From Microthyrium microscopicum (lineage: Eukaryota), in contig MU004232.1 of the NCBI GenBank assembly GCA_010405405.1, forward strand, positions 1,073,481-1,137,480: DNA of 64,000 bases. Reading direction: 5' to 3'. This document shows, piece by piece, positions 20,430-31,621 of this stretch; the stretch's first letter is position 1; every line of letters starts with the position of its first letter. A model generated the notes under the pieces. It searched no databases and was not told the DNA's origin. It saw nothing but the letters and a program-made list of their open reading frames with translations. The position numbers and the translations under genes are program-made.

Positions 20430-22638
20430 TCATAACGCAGTCTGATACCAAAACTCGCTCCCATCATTCGCAGTTGCACTAAAATCCATAGTCTGAAAAT
20501 CAGGCCACTGAGCAGCCGAACTCAACATCTCACTAAACGCATCCGTCGACAACATATTAGGCATGTCGTTGAAATTGAACTCGCTCGCAACGGGTATGCC
20601 ATCTTTCGCTGGCTGTAGCTCACGGAATATATCTTCCATCTGCTTCTCGAAATCTACCCGATTCTGCTGTTTCTCCTCAGCGTTCTGCGTGACTAGCCAG
20701 TCTACGGTGGCTGATGAGAGTGTGTCGAATGCATCTCGACAGCCGGTGGCGCCTGGGAAGCTTTCGGATAATGCGGCCAAAGTCGACGCACACGAGTTAA
20801 GGGTAGATATGCTTTTCGACACTGGGTTTTGATCGCGAATTTCTTTGGAGAGCCAGAGGCCGTATATTACTCCTAGGCCGGCCATGAAGAGTTGGTGGGT
20901 GGATTTCCACAATACGTCGACTTTTCCTTCGCGTTGTAGTATTTTGATGCTTGCTATCAGGTTGCATGCGGCGTCAAATGAGGCTATGAACTCTTCGGCC
21001 GATGTGTGAATGACTGTAGCGCTGGGTCTGTAAAGTTGGAGAATTGCATTATTGTAGATTGCATCCCAATAAGCCTGCTGAGCAAATATTGAAGAGGGGT
21101 GTGATTGTTCTAGCGGTGGGATGCTATGATACCATTCCCTCAAACGAGGCAGAATGTCATTGATCCAAGCGGCGTAGTCTGTTCGAGGATAGGCAATCTT
21201 TGGCGACCAGGCTTGATTGTGTTGTACGTGTTTGATTTCAGACTCCAGCTTGGACATGTGGAATAAGTGGTTGTGAGCTTCTTGATGGTGGATATCGTAT
21301 TCGTTCGTTTGACTGTCGTGAGATTCACGAGATATCATTCGTGGATCCGGAAGTGGAACCGCGATACTCTCGTCGATGATACCGAAAGGTCGGCCTAGAG
21401 TTATGCAAAGAACACGGTCAAATTGGTAAGCAGACCACCATAGCCGCCGGCGGATATGCAGCATGTTTCGTTCCATGTTCAGGTTTTGATCTTCTGTTTC
21501 CCAGTGAAGTCCCATATCGATGCAAACACGCAGTGCAGTGCCTGTCAAATGCCAAAGACTCCCTTGGGAAGGAAAGAGAGCTACAAATTGAGCTAGCAGA
21601 AGAATAGGACGCAGAGTCTCTATATCATTCCTGGAGTATGCGAAGACCTTCTCTATCCAGACAAGAGCCGAGCGGAAGCATCCTTCGCTTTGCGTAGGTC
21701 GGCCTCCAGATGGATTGGGTACATCAAAGAGGGCAATTGCGAGAATCAGATAGGTCGTGAAAATATCTATCTCCACTACACGACCTTCAGGGGCTGTTCG
21801 GCCGGTTGCATGGCAGTATGCACTGTCAAAGGCTTCTACAGCTTCTGAACGTTCCAGAATTGGTAAATGAGGTGTACGATACTGAAAGTAAACATCAAGC
21901 AGATGTTCCGCAGCTTGGCGTGGAGGTAGAGAGGCTTGAGACGTAGGGTATGATGATGAAGGCTCCTGAGGCCGTTTTTTGGAGGTTAGGGAAGCTATTG
22001 GAAGTGAATCTATCCGGATTGCTGCCATTACTAGTCTGGCGAGCGTAATGCCACTGCTTTGTCCTAAAAAGCGTGGTTGTCTTGAAGGTTCAACGACGAC
22101 GTTTTTGACACTTTTGATCAGATCTTGAAAATGAGTAGTACTTTCTTCTGAACCTGTTGGGCTTTGTCCCGTTCTGGTTGGGGACAATGGATCAATGGAA
22201 GATGTTGCCTCTAAGTTGTATGAATTTGTCTGAAGACGAGTCCGGAGTTCTTGGTTTTCGAGAGACAGCTTCTCAACCTGGGCTTCAAGATTGGAAACAT
22301 AGTTGCGAGGTATCTGTCGATACTTTAGTGATATATATCAAGCAGCGACTGTTTGAGTTTACCTCAGCCTGTTTACCCGAGTGGTAGGTAAGACACAGCA
22401 CATGGGCACTTTCACAATTGGAGCAATTCGGATATTTCAGATCACACTGCGCGTGAAGCCGATCAGTAAACTTTGGAAGAATGCGGGAGGGATAGTATTA
22501 TTACTTTCTGCTTTCTCCGACGACATCTGTGGATTTGTTAGTATCGTATAGCCTAGTTGATTATGCAACTCACCTTTGGCAGGCAGTGACCCCCTTCGCC
22601 AGCCGCTGATTTCCACGCGACGAAGTAGGCGACTGCAT
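20430..22638 (-). CDS. Zn2Cys6 transcription factor with fungal-specific TF domain (Ppr1/UaY-like)
   Basis: Spliced N-terminus ACQR|CRRRKQK|CDLKYPNCSNCESAHVLC; FLGQSSGITLARLV; DMGLH, RRRLWWSAYQFDR, LGRPFGI. Confidence 0.88.
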
Positions 22639-22759
22639 CTACACTACAGACTGGCTATCGGAAGAAGCCAAAGCTTTGGGTTGAGGATACGATAATACTA
22701 GGCGTATGGTAGGGCTGTAGTTGGAAAACGGAAAAAGGCGCTCAGTCAATCGCTGGTGG

Positions 22760-22773
22760 TCGGAAAAGACCGA
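22760..22773. promoter_or_regulatory. Candidate Ppr1/UaY-type site TCGG-N6-CCGA
   Basis: TCGG-AAAAGA-CCGA about 120 bp upstream of the TF start codon. Confidence 0.5.
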
Positions 22774-23586
22774 TAAATAGGCAACCCGCAGGTCACGGCA
22801 GATCAAGCCCAGTACAAGCTTGTAGACACTCATGCGAACCCAACTCTCAAGCAATGGGTTCTTAGCTTCGACGATCTTGACCATGATCAATGGATTCTTG
22901 CAATATTTACAGAGTTTTGAGCAATATGACTGGCTGTCGCCGTGCAAAGATAAGGACAACGACTACTCGAGGGTCCAGCCAGCAAGGAATCGACAAGCTA
23001 CGGGGCAACTCGTTCTAATTCTTCCTACCGCAAAACCGGCCCATCCCCAAAATCGTGTATATCGTAGGGTGCGTAGTCTAGTAAACTGTGGCCAACCCGC
23101 CTTTCAGAAATAGTGCTGGTAAGTAGTGGTAGCTTGATAGGAGGTAGTATGAGGGATCGAGAATGCTCCCGTATACTGGTAGAGGCTAAGATTTAATGGA
23201 CTTCGCGGCCTTTGCCATTGGTCTTTAACAATGTTTCTTATCGCAATGCTTTTTTCGGAATAGAGCCGCGCCCCACACTTTTTCCAACCAGTCCAGCAGT
23301 CACGCCAGACGGCCAGTTCTCCTTCTAGAATCCAACCTCACCCTCGCTTTCCTCCCATCCTTCGGCAACTTCCCACACTCAACACCAATCAGACCAGCCA
23401 GCCCGCAACAACGACCCTGCATAATCTTGGATTCTTCCTTACAACCCAGAGCCATGGTGTCGATGCTAGTAGGTAGTTGTATACTACAAGCGCTAACATC
23501 CGAAAACAACCTCTAGCAATGGCTAAAACCGAGATTCTGGCACGCTCCCATCGACAAAAGCATCAGCCTAGCCATCTTGAGTTAGG

Positions 23587-23600
23587 TCGGCTTTGTCCGA
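23587..23600. promoter_or_regulatory. Candidate Ppr1/UaY-type site TCGG-N6-CCGA
   Basis: (G)TCGG-CTTTGT-CCGA(C) about 280 bp upstream of the permease ATG. Confidence 0.55.
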
Positions 23601-23878
23601 CAAGATGAATTCCGATATCCAGGATTCAACCTCTCACGCTGATCTTATCGTGCAATCATGGATGCAATGCGAGATGTATATGCTATTGCCATAGTTGCCA
23701 CGAGTTGAGACTGGCTAGATGGATCCTAGAGAAGATCTTGAAGTCTATAAGTATACCGATGCACTCTCAACAAGAATTTTAATATCCAAACACTTCTCAT
23801 CAAACAGGCAATCGTTGTCATATCTTATATCTTCAAATTATATCTCTAGTCCACTTGTTTCAAGTGCCAGCTATTGCT

Positions 23879-25447
23879 ATGGAAAAAGCACTTTCAACCG
23901 AGAAGGCTCCCATGGACTTCAACGATAAGCAACCTATCGAAGATCAAGCCTACGAGATCAGAGGCGAAGTCATCGAAATCGACCCAAAACTAGAAGCAAA
24001 TGCCCGAAGAAAGTTCGATCTCTATGTCTTACCCGTCTCCGTGATATTTCTTGTCTTGTCCAGTCTCGACAGAAACAATGTAAGTTGGAGTCCTTTTCAA
24101 CACACTACCTTTTCTAACATATTCTTAGCTTGGAAATGCTCGAGTTTTCGGCTTCGATAGAGATCTCAAGCTTACTGGAAACCAATTCGGCAACATCAAC
24201 ACCTTGTCAAGCGTCATGACTATCCTTTTTGAACTTCCATGGGTTCTAGCCGTCAAGCGATGGGGAGCCAATAAAGCTATCGGAACCGCATTTGTACTCT
24301 GGAGTGCCTGCACTATTGGAACTGCCTTTGTCCAAAACTATGGTCAAGTCATCGCCGTCCGTATGATTCTGAATGCCGCCGAAGCTGGACTCGCTCAGGG
24401 CTTTGCCTTCTTGTTTTCCACTATTTACCCACGAGAGCTAGCAGGAAAGCGTATAATGACTACAAATCTCGCTCAATGTATCTCCGGCGCTTTCGGTGGC
24501 CTATTTGCCTATGGTGTCCAACAAATGGGTGATAGAGCTGGACTTGCTGCATGGCGATGGCTGTTCATCATCGAATTTCTCATCACTGTCCTCATTGGAG
24601 GCATTGGCTGGATCTTCCTACCCAAATCAGCGGAAACAGCCTGGTTTTTGAACGCCGAAGAGAAAGAAACCATGCGCCTTAAGAAAATGCGAGATACAGC
24701 GCTGAGAGGAACCGACAAGTTTGACAAGAAGTGGATCAAGATCGCACTCACTGATCCCTTCGTCTGGATGCTAGGCACAGCTTTCTTCACTTCTTCCGTC
24801 GCTATCAATGGATTCGGAGTTTTCCTTCCAACAATCATCTCGGGCATGGGATACGCCTCAATACAGGTCAACTACTTGACAATCCCTGTGTATGTTCTCG
24901 GTGCTGCCTCTCTCTGCCTTCAAGTCTACTTCTCCGACAAGTTGCGAAAGCGAGGTCTCGTCATCATGGCCTGCTGTGTTCCAGTCGCTGTTGGCTATCT
25001 TATCTGTGTTGGAACAGCCAATCCTCACGCTGGATACGCTGGCATGTTCATTCTAGTTATTGGTAAGTTCCCGTGAATCATCTCTGAACAACATTATCTA
25101 ACAATCGAACAGGTCTATACCCAATCTCTACGCTCGCTGTTACCTGGATCACTACCAATCTTTCGCCAGATACCAAGCGCTCAATTGGCATGCCCATTGC
25201 CTACTCTCTTGCCAACGTCTCAAACGTCGTCTCTTCACAGCTATACCCAGATCAACAAGGTCCTCGTTACCAACAGGGCAATGGTATCTCAGCTGGCCTA
25301 ACAATTGTGGCTGGGTTTCTTTATGGTACTTGCTGGCTCTTGCTCCGAAAGCGAAACGCAAAGAAGGCCAAGCTGCTCGCCGAGGGAGCCACCACCAACG
25401 GCCTCGAGGGTGATCAAAGTCTAGAGGCGGGCATGTACATTCTATGA
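23879..25447 (+). CDS. MFS anion:cation symporter (Dal5/Tna1 family) permease, 2 introns
   Basis: RRKFDLYVLP, LDRNN|LGNA, SGAFGGLFAYG, AWRWLFIIE, FLP..AETAWFL, SDKLRKRG, PRY; introns about 24080-24128 and 25063-25112. Confidence 0.9.
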
Positions 25448-26338
25448 ACAGACCCATTTAATGACCTACGAGAGTCAAAACGAGTATTATATCACAGGCA
25501 CAATGTTCATCGGGGCGGCAAGGACATAATGCCAATTGCCGCAAGCGTTGAGGAGTTTCTTTTTGGGAGGCAGCGTTCTTTCTGAACAAAAACATAGACA
25601 TATTTTCTATTATCCATCCAATCAATATCATTAATCATAACCCATCCCATACTCGCTCTAAGGCTGCAAACTCATTCTTTCACGGCGCCGAGCCCCAGCC
25701 TCGGACTCCGAGCAGTCTTAGGTCAATGTAATACCAATATCAGATATCTCGAATCATAACACAGATCAACCTGCTCACATGTGTAATCTTAGGTCTTCAA
25801 CAATGTATGCCATCCCTGGAAGCCATACTGAAATGTCAGGCCATCTCGGTATCCGCTGCACCATCGTCCGGATTATACTCCGTTCACTGCCATATTGCAA
25901 GGCAAGTTACTCCTAACAAAACACGTTTCGTATCAACAGCGACGGGCCTATCCGTAAGGATCCGCATTTAGCGGCGCGTTATACTAATTACCCCAGAAAT
26001 CACCATGTCGTGGCTGGACCAGACAATGGTCCAAGAACACCAAAGGCCATAGCTCCCAGCAGCGATACTCCTAATTGAAAGCTCCATTTTGTATCATAAT
26101 CTTGCTGCCTAGTATCAGCGAAAGTGACGTGATCTTTCAGAGGCTTTTGTGTGGCCTCGAGTATAGTCCTAAGCTTTGGATTGGACACAAGTCGTTACTC
26201 GTGACAACCGGTCGACCATCAATGGAAGTATAAAGACTACACCAAGGGCCTCGAAAGAAGACTTTCAGTTCACAGCCATCTCATCTAGCATAACATTATT
26301 CCAATCTTCCAGACTTACCCCACATATCATTTGACATC

Positions 26339-26930
26339 ATGGTTCTCTTCAACATCCTCTTCCCGTCCCCCCCAGCGGGCCAAACCCCTGCCCCAGAAAA
26401 GGTGAACTTCTTTCAAAGAACTTAATGTTCCATGCATGGCTAACGTCACCAGATGCAAGACATCTTTGCGTATCAAGAGAAGATTGCCAAAGAAGGCAAA
26501 TTGATCTGGGCTGAACGTACGTAGAGCCCTCCACTCTCCACCTGATCTAGACCTTATACATGTACTAAATCCCCCTTCTCCAGGGCTCCACGACGCCGCC
26601 AAAGAGTCCGCACGCATCCACATCGATGGCTCTGGCAACTCCACCGTCGAAAACGGTCCATTTGACGGCCCCAGCCTAGGCGGCTATGCAGTAATTGATG
26701 TCGCCGACCTTAACGAGGCCATTGCCCTCGTCAAAGACTTCCCATCCGGCTTTCCAAGCACCACTGTCGAGATCCGTCGTGTTATAGATATCAATGACAT
26801 TCCTGCCCCTGATGCCGTCAAGGCTAAGGCGAAGGCGCTTCGGTGAGTTCGATTTGCAATTATAGGACTGGTTCATACTGATGACTCTAGTGAACTCATG
26901 GCTGCCAATGCTAAGAAGCTTCATGCTTAG
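26339..26930 (+). CDS. YCII-related (DGPF-type) small protein, 3 introns; missing from the ORF track
   Basis: Spliced translation MVLFNILFPSPPAGQTPAPEK|MQDIFAYQEKIAKEGKLIWAE|GLHDAAKESARI...VENGPFDGPSLGGYAVIDVADLNEAIALVKDFP...VEIRRV; TATA-like GTATAAA at about 26228. Confidence 0.78.
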
Positions 26931-27482
26931 ACTTTAGGTCTGGAAAAAGCACCTAGCGAGGTGAATTAAAAAGTGAGAGTTACTGATACTCCTGTATCTA
27001 TGAGTGTAAATAGCACAGAGCTAGAAATATGAATTACCATAAAGCTCGAAAACTTCTGTATTTGATCTGCTAAATGAATCATTTTTGCGATTTCTCCATG
27101 AAGCCACATGGAGATTCCGATGTATGAAAACTGGATGAAACTCCAGCGGCTGTCAATGAAGGATGTATCTCTTGAACATAGTTCTAACTGCTCCAAGGCA
27201 AAGTTTGGAGACTAGGTCCTTACCTGGCGATGTGCCAGATTCCTCAACAGATTAGGCCAGGGAACCTCGGGTATCCACGCACACTACCACACAGCTTGAC
27301 AGCTTAACAATAAGACCCTGCATATCTTCCCGATTCGTGCTCGCGTGTTGACTATTTAGATTAAAGAATGCTACCTACCTAGAGGGGACCACAGGCAAGA
27401 TTTGTAGATATCATTGGAAGTAAAACGGCGGTATGTCAACATTTTCAGCATTCAATAACAACTCACATTCTTATCCACCACA

Positions 27483-29072
27483 ATGACGAAGGATCCGGAG
27501 TCTCCAAGCTCGAAACCAGTATTATATGTTCCAAGTGCAACCTCTCTATCCGATATCTATCCAGACGATGCGCTTCCATCGCAAAGAGCAAGATGGGAGG
27601 AGCTCTTCGCCAAATTCGCCCAAGAGTATGGACACGCCGCGGACTTTGTATCAAGAAGCCCAGGAAGAGTCAACCTAATCGGTGAACATATTGATTATTC
27701 TCTCTATCAGGTTCTTCCTATGGCGATAACTTTCGACTCTTTGGTTGCCGTAGCTGTACATCCACCACCAAATGGTTCCACCTCTAACATACGCATCGCC
27801 AATGTTGATACATCAAGATTTCCAACCAGAACGTTTGAGGTCCCAGTCAAGGGCGACATCGATATCGACACCACTGCCCATGAATGGACCAACTACTTCA
27901 AAGCCGGACTCAACGGCGCTTTCCAACTTCTTCGAAAGCTCAACGCAGATTTCGTACCAGTCGGAATGGATGTCGTTGTCAGTGGCTCAGTTCCAACCGG
28001 AAGCGGGCTCTCCAGCAGTACAGCTTTTGTCTGCGCAAGCGCCCTGGCCGTCATGGTCGCCAACGGCGTACAACACATTGACAAAAACGACCTCTGTGAG
28101 CTCACCATAATCTCTGAGCGCGGAATAGGAGTCAACTCAGGTGGGATGGACCAAGTCGCCTCAGTCTTCTCGCTCCGCGGAAGCGCTACATATATCAGCT
28201 TTGTGCCAAAACTCGTCGTCGAGCCTCTCCAGTTCCCAGCAACGGATCCAGAATTGACGTTCATCATAACGCAAAGCTATGTTGAGTCTCTCAAAGCCGT
28301 CACCGCGCCAATGTACTACAACATCCGCGTTACGGAATGTTCGTTGGCTGCTGCAGTGCTAGCAAAAGCATTAGGACTACCAGAGTTACCTTTGGATACA
28401 TCGCCGCTGAAAATCAGTTTGAGGGGCTTTCAAAATACTTACTTCCAGACACAACATGGCATACCCGATAATTACGAAATCAGCCACGCCGAATTTGAAA
28501 GTCAGCTGGAACAACTGGTCGCGCTGGTGGAAAAACACCTGCCCAAGGACGGCTACACGCGGGAAGAAATAGCTGATATCCTCGATATCTCAAAATCAGC
28601 ACTTGACGAACGATACTTCGCGCGGATTGCAGTAAAGACCGATCAACTCAAATTGCGTCAACGGGCTTTACATGTATACGGCGAAGCTCTTCGCGTAGTC
28701 AAATTCAAAACCAAGCTCTCATCACACCAGCCTTCTGCTTCTTCTGGTGATGCATTACTCCAGGAGCTAGGAACATTAATGAATAATGCGCAACACTCGA
28801 ACAAGGAGCTATATGAATGTAGCTGCGCGGAGCTCGATGAAATTTGCCAGATCGCAAGGGAAGCTGGTGCATATGGAAGCCGACTCACTGGTGCGGGATG
28901 GGGAGGCTGTTGCGTGCATTTGGTGCCCAAGGACAAGCTTGGTCAGGTGAAGCAGGCTTTGGAGGAGAGGTATTACCGGAAGAGGTGGCCGGACATGTCG
29001 GATCAGAAGTTGAGTGATGCTGTTGTTGTTAGTGAGCCTGGTAGTGGGAGCTATGTATATCGCAAGTCCTGA
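27483..29072 (+). CDS. GAL1: Galactokinase
   Basis: GRVNLIGEHIDY, PTGSGLSSS, GGMDQ, YECSC, GSRLTGAGWGGC; intronless. Confidence 0.95.
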   Translation: MTKDPESPSSKPVLYVPSATSLSDIYPDDALPSQRARWEELFAKFAQEYGHAADFVSRSPGRVNLIGEHIDYSLYQVLPMAITFDSLVAVAVHPPPNGSTSNIRIANVDTSRFPTRTFEVPVKGDIDIDTTAHEWTNYFKAGLNGAFQLLRKLNADFVPVGMDVVVSGSVPTGSGLSSSTAFVCASALAVMVANGVQHIDKNDLCELTIISERGIGVNSGGMDQVASVFSLRGSATYISFVPKLVVEPLQFPATDPELTFIITQSYVESLKAVTAPMYYNIRVTECSLAAAVLAKALGLPELPLDTSPLKISLRGFQNTYFQTQHGIPDNYEISHAEFESQLEQLVALVEKHLPKDGYTREEIADILDISKSALDERYFARIAVKTDQLKLRQRALHVYGEALRVVKFKTKLSSHQPSASSGDALLQELGTLMNNAQHSNKELYECSCAELDEICQIAREAGAYGSRLTGAGWGGCCVHLVPKDKLGQVKQALEERYYRKRWPDMSDQKLSDAVVVSEPGSGSYVYRKS

Positions 29073-29371
29073 GAAATTCCAGTAGAATACACAGAGCATA
29101 AGCGGTAGGTATCTGTTCTTAAGGTACCTGACTGGTGCTGTCATGGAGCATTGTACCTATCATAATTTATGAAATTCTGGGCATGGCGTCGTGTTTGACG
29201 TTCGATTATGATTAATGATAGAATTAGAATAATAATCATTACAACGTCGAATAGAAGGTCCGGCAGATACTTAGCATCGAAGGGTTAAACTTTAGAGCAC
29301 ATCATACTCTCGGTCCGTCTCAGCATCAGACTCTGACTTCTCCGATTGAATGTCAGTCCAACAACCCTCAT

Positions 29372-29535
29372 CTGTTCCTTGGTGTTCAAAAAGCTATTCA
29401 TCAACTGGACTATCCATATCGGCCTCGCTCATTTCCTCATGTTCAGAATGCTAGTCATCGAGTGGACTATCCATATCACCCTGGTTTGTTTCCTCATGTT
29501 CAGAAGGCTATTCATCGCCAGGATAACCCATATCG
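29372..29535. repeat. About three tandem 57-bp repeats overlapping the ATG18 stop codon
   Basis: CTA(T/G)TCATC recurs at 29394, 29451, 29508; TGGACTATCCATATC and TTTCCTCATGTTCAGAA each occur twice. Confidence 0.85.
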
Positions 29536-31054
29536 CTCTTTTGATCCAACACACTAAAATTTGTTATTATCAATCCTGATTTAGAAGGGGTAATGAACTT
29601 ACGAGTACTGCTTTTCCAAAACACCCTCGCCCCCGCTCTCCAGAGATAGTGTGTAGACCAAAAACTGGCCTTCACTCGTTACCACCATCAACTGTGGATG
29701 GGCCCCACTCATCGCGACAACGCTTTTGACGGGACTTGTGCCTGGCCCACCCAGCTGTCCTCGTGCTAGGCGCGGTACTTTGACCCACGCAAAGTCTCGT
29801 GCGGGCTCCCACATTTCTGTGACAGAGCTTGGGAGGTAGCCGCCGACGCGTGCAGCTAACGAGAGGCCAACGTTCTGTGAGGTCCGCCGGATCATGCTAG
29901 CCAAGGTGTTTGATGCTGGTCTTGGTGGTGGGGATGGATCATGAGTCGGTGTTCCCATGTCATCGTCGCTATTTGAGCCACTACGATCTAAGCCTGATGA
30001 GAATGATTCGCTGCGTCGTCGCGAAACTGCGTCTGGTGTAGTTGGGCTAGCTGGTTCGGGGGGCGAGACACTACTTCCCGCCTGCCGGGACGAAGATTGC
30101 TGGGCTACGAGCTTAAAGATGTGGATGGTTTCGGTGGCAGAGGACACAGCGAGAAGAGTGGAGGCGGCATTAAAGGACATGCAGTAGATCTGGGCAGGTA
30201 GGGACCCACGTCGAAAATGGAAAAGGCGTTCTCCAGACGGAATGCTGAAGACACGGATAATAGTTCCTTTCTCTGAAGCTGTGGCGAGCATGGTGCCGGA
30301 ATTGTTGATGGCGAGGGAGCCAAGGGTGGTCTGGTGGGCTTCAATGACGTTAACGGATTCTATCTTGTTGGTATCATATATGAGGACTTCGCCTGTGGTT
30401 GGGGGAAGGAAGTTGCCGGTGGGTGGTGCGTGGGCTGGTTGGTTATAGGATGATACTGACTGCTTGGATGGTTGTGGAAATGCCATAAAGTTGTTATCTG
30501 AATTCGGCGAGAGTGCACAGAGGCCTTGACATGGTTAGGTAAGTTGTTTCGTTTTTTGCGGAACTTACCATGAGGATTTGGTGAGGTCTCAACTGTACTA
30601 AGGAGCTTCATGTTACTCATGTCATAGATATAGATGGCGTCTTCGAGTACAACCACTAAGCGCTTTCGATTCATGCGAACTGCCAATATTTTCATTGGAA
30701 ACGTGAGTTCGCATATGGTAGTGTTTTTCTAACTCTCCGTCAGGCCACCATTTAGTTCCATGCAGTCGATATACAAACCTTCGTATTAAGAATTCGGAGC
30801 AGACGTGGTGATAATATCAGAGCAACAAGTGAAGTGGAAAAGAGCATTTCCATGATCGATACATCTCCTTCTTCGTTACCATAGTAGACACTGAAAGGCT
30901 CTGTTGTGTAGAGCTTGAAACCTTTGGACGAACCTTGTTATGCCAGTTAGCTAAATCTCTGACAAAGTAGAATGATAGTCTCACCTACTCCCAACAGGGA
31001 GTTGTCCTGGTTGAAAGTCACAAAGTTCAACGCCATCCCCCGAGTATTGCTCAT
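29508..31054 (-). CDS. ATG18: Autophagy PROPPIN Atg18 (WD40), multi-exon
   Basis: [47 protein letters not shown] lipid-binding motif, [11 protein letters not shown]; last exon ends [18 protein letters not shown]. Confidence 0.93.
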
Positions 31055-31621
31055 CAGTGAGCGATCAAACTTTGATTCACAGCTAGAGTAGACTACGAGA
31101 GGCCGCTCTCAGAGCTTGATAGACGTCTCAGAAGGGCAGCTAGATCCTCAGGTGGTTCTTGGACAGTGGAACGAAGGCTTTTGTGTATAGATGCCTAGCG
31201 GGTGGTTGAACGGGTAAAGTAGTATGAGATCAGAAGAATAATGAAGATGGGAGGAGAATAGCCAATGTATGTCAGAAATCAAGATGTCTCTCTTGGGGAA
31301 AGATGTTGGTGACAGTGGCACCTGCCTGGTCTTAACTTAGCTGCATGTGGTGGAGAAAGGAGGAAGCTGCCTCTGGTTGGTGGGGAAAGTGTAAGGAACC
31401 ATGTAAGGATACATACATCGCCCCCATTCTCTAACATCGCCCCTTCATGTCCCGACAGGCAGCAAGCAAACAGCTTTAGTCCCATTCTGATGTTTGCTTT
31501 ACTTAGTACATACATAGGTACTAGTATATATACAATGCTCCCCCGAAAATGAGCGCATGACATATCATAAGCAATCTGGCTTGTCGCTACAAATAACTCA
31601 CACTAAGGAACCACTACAGTC

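Noticed and set aside
27483..29072. Galactokinase without neighbouring GAL7/GAL10
   Set aside because: GAL clustering is a feature of certain yeasts; unclustered genes are normal in Pezizomycotina.
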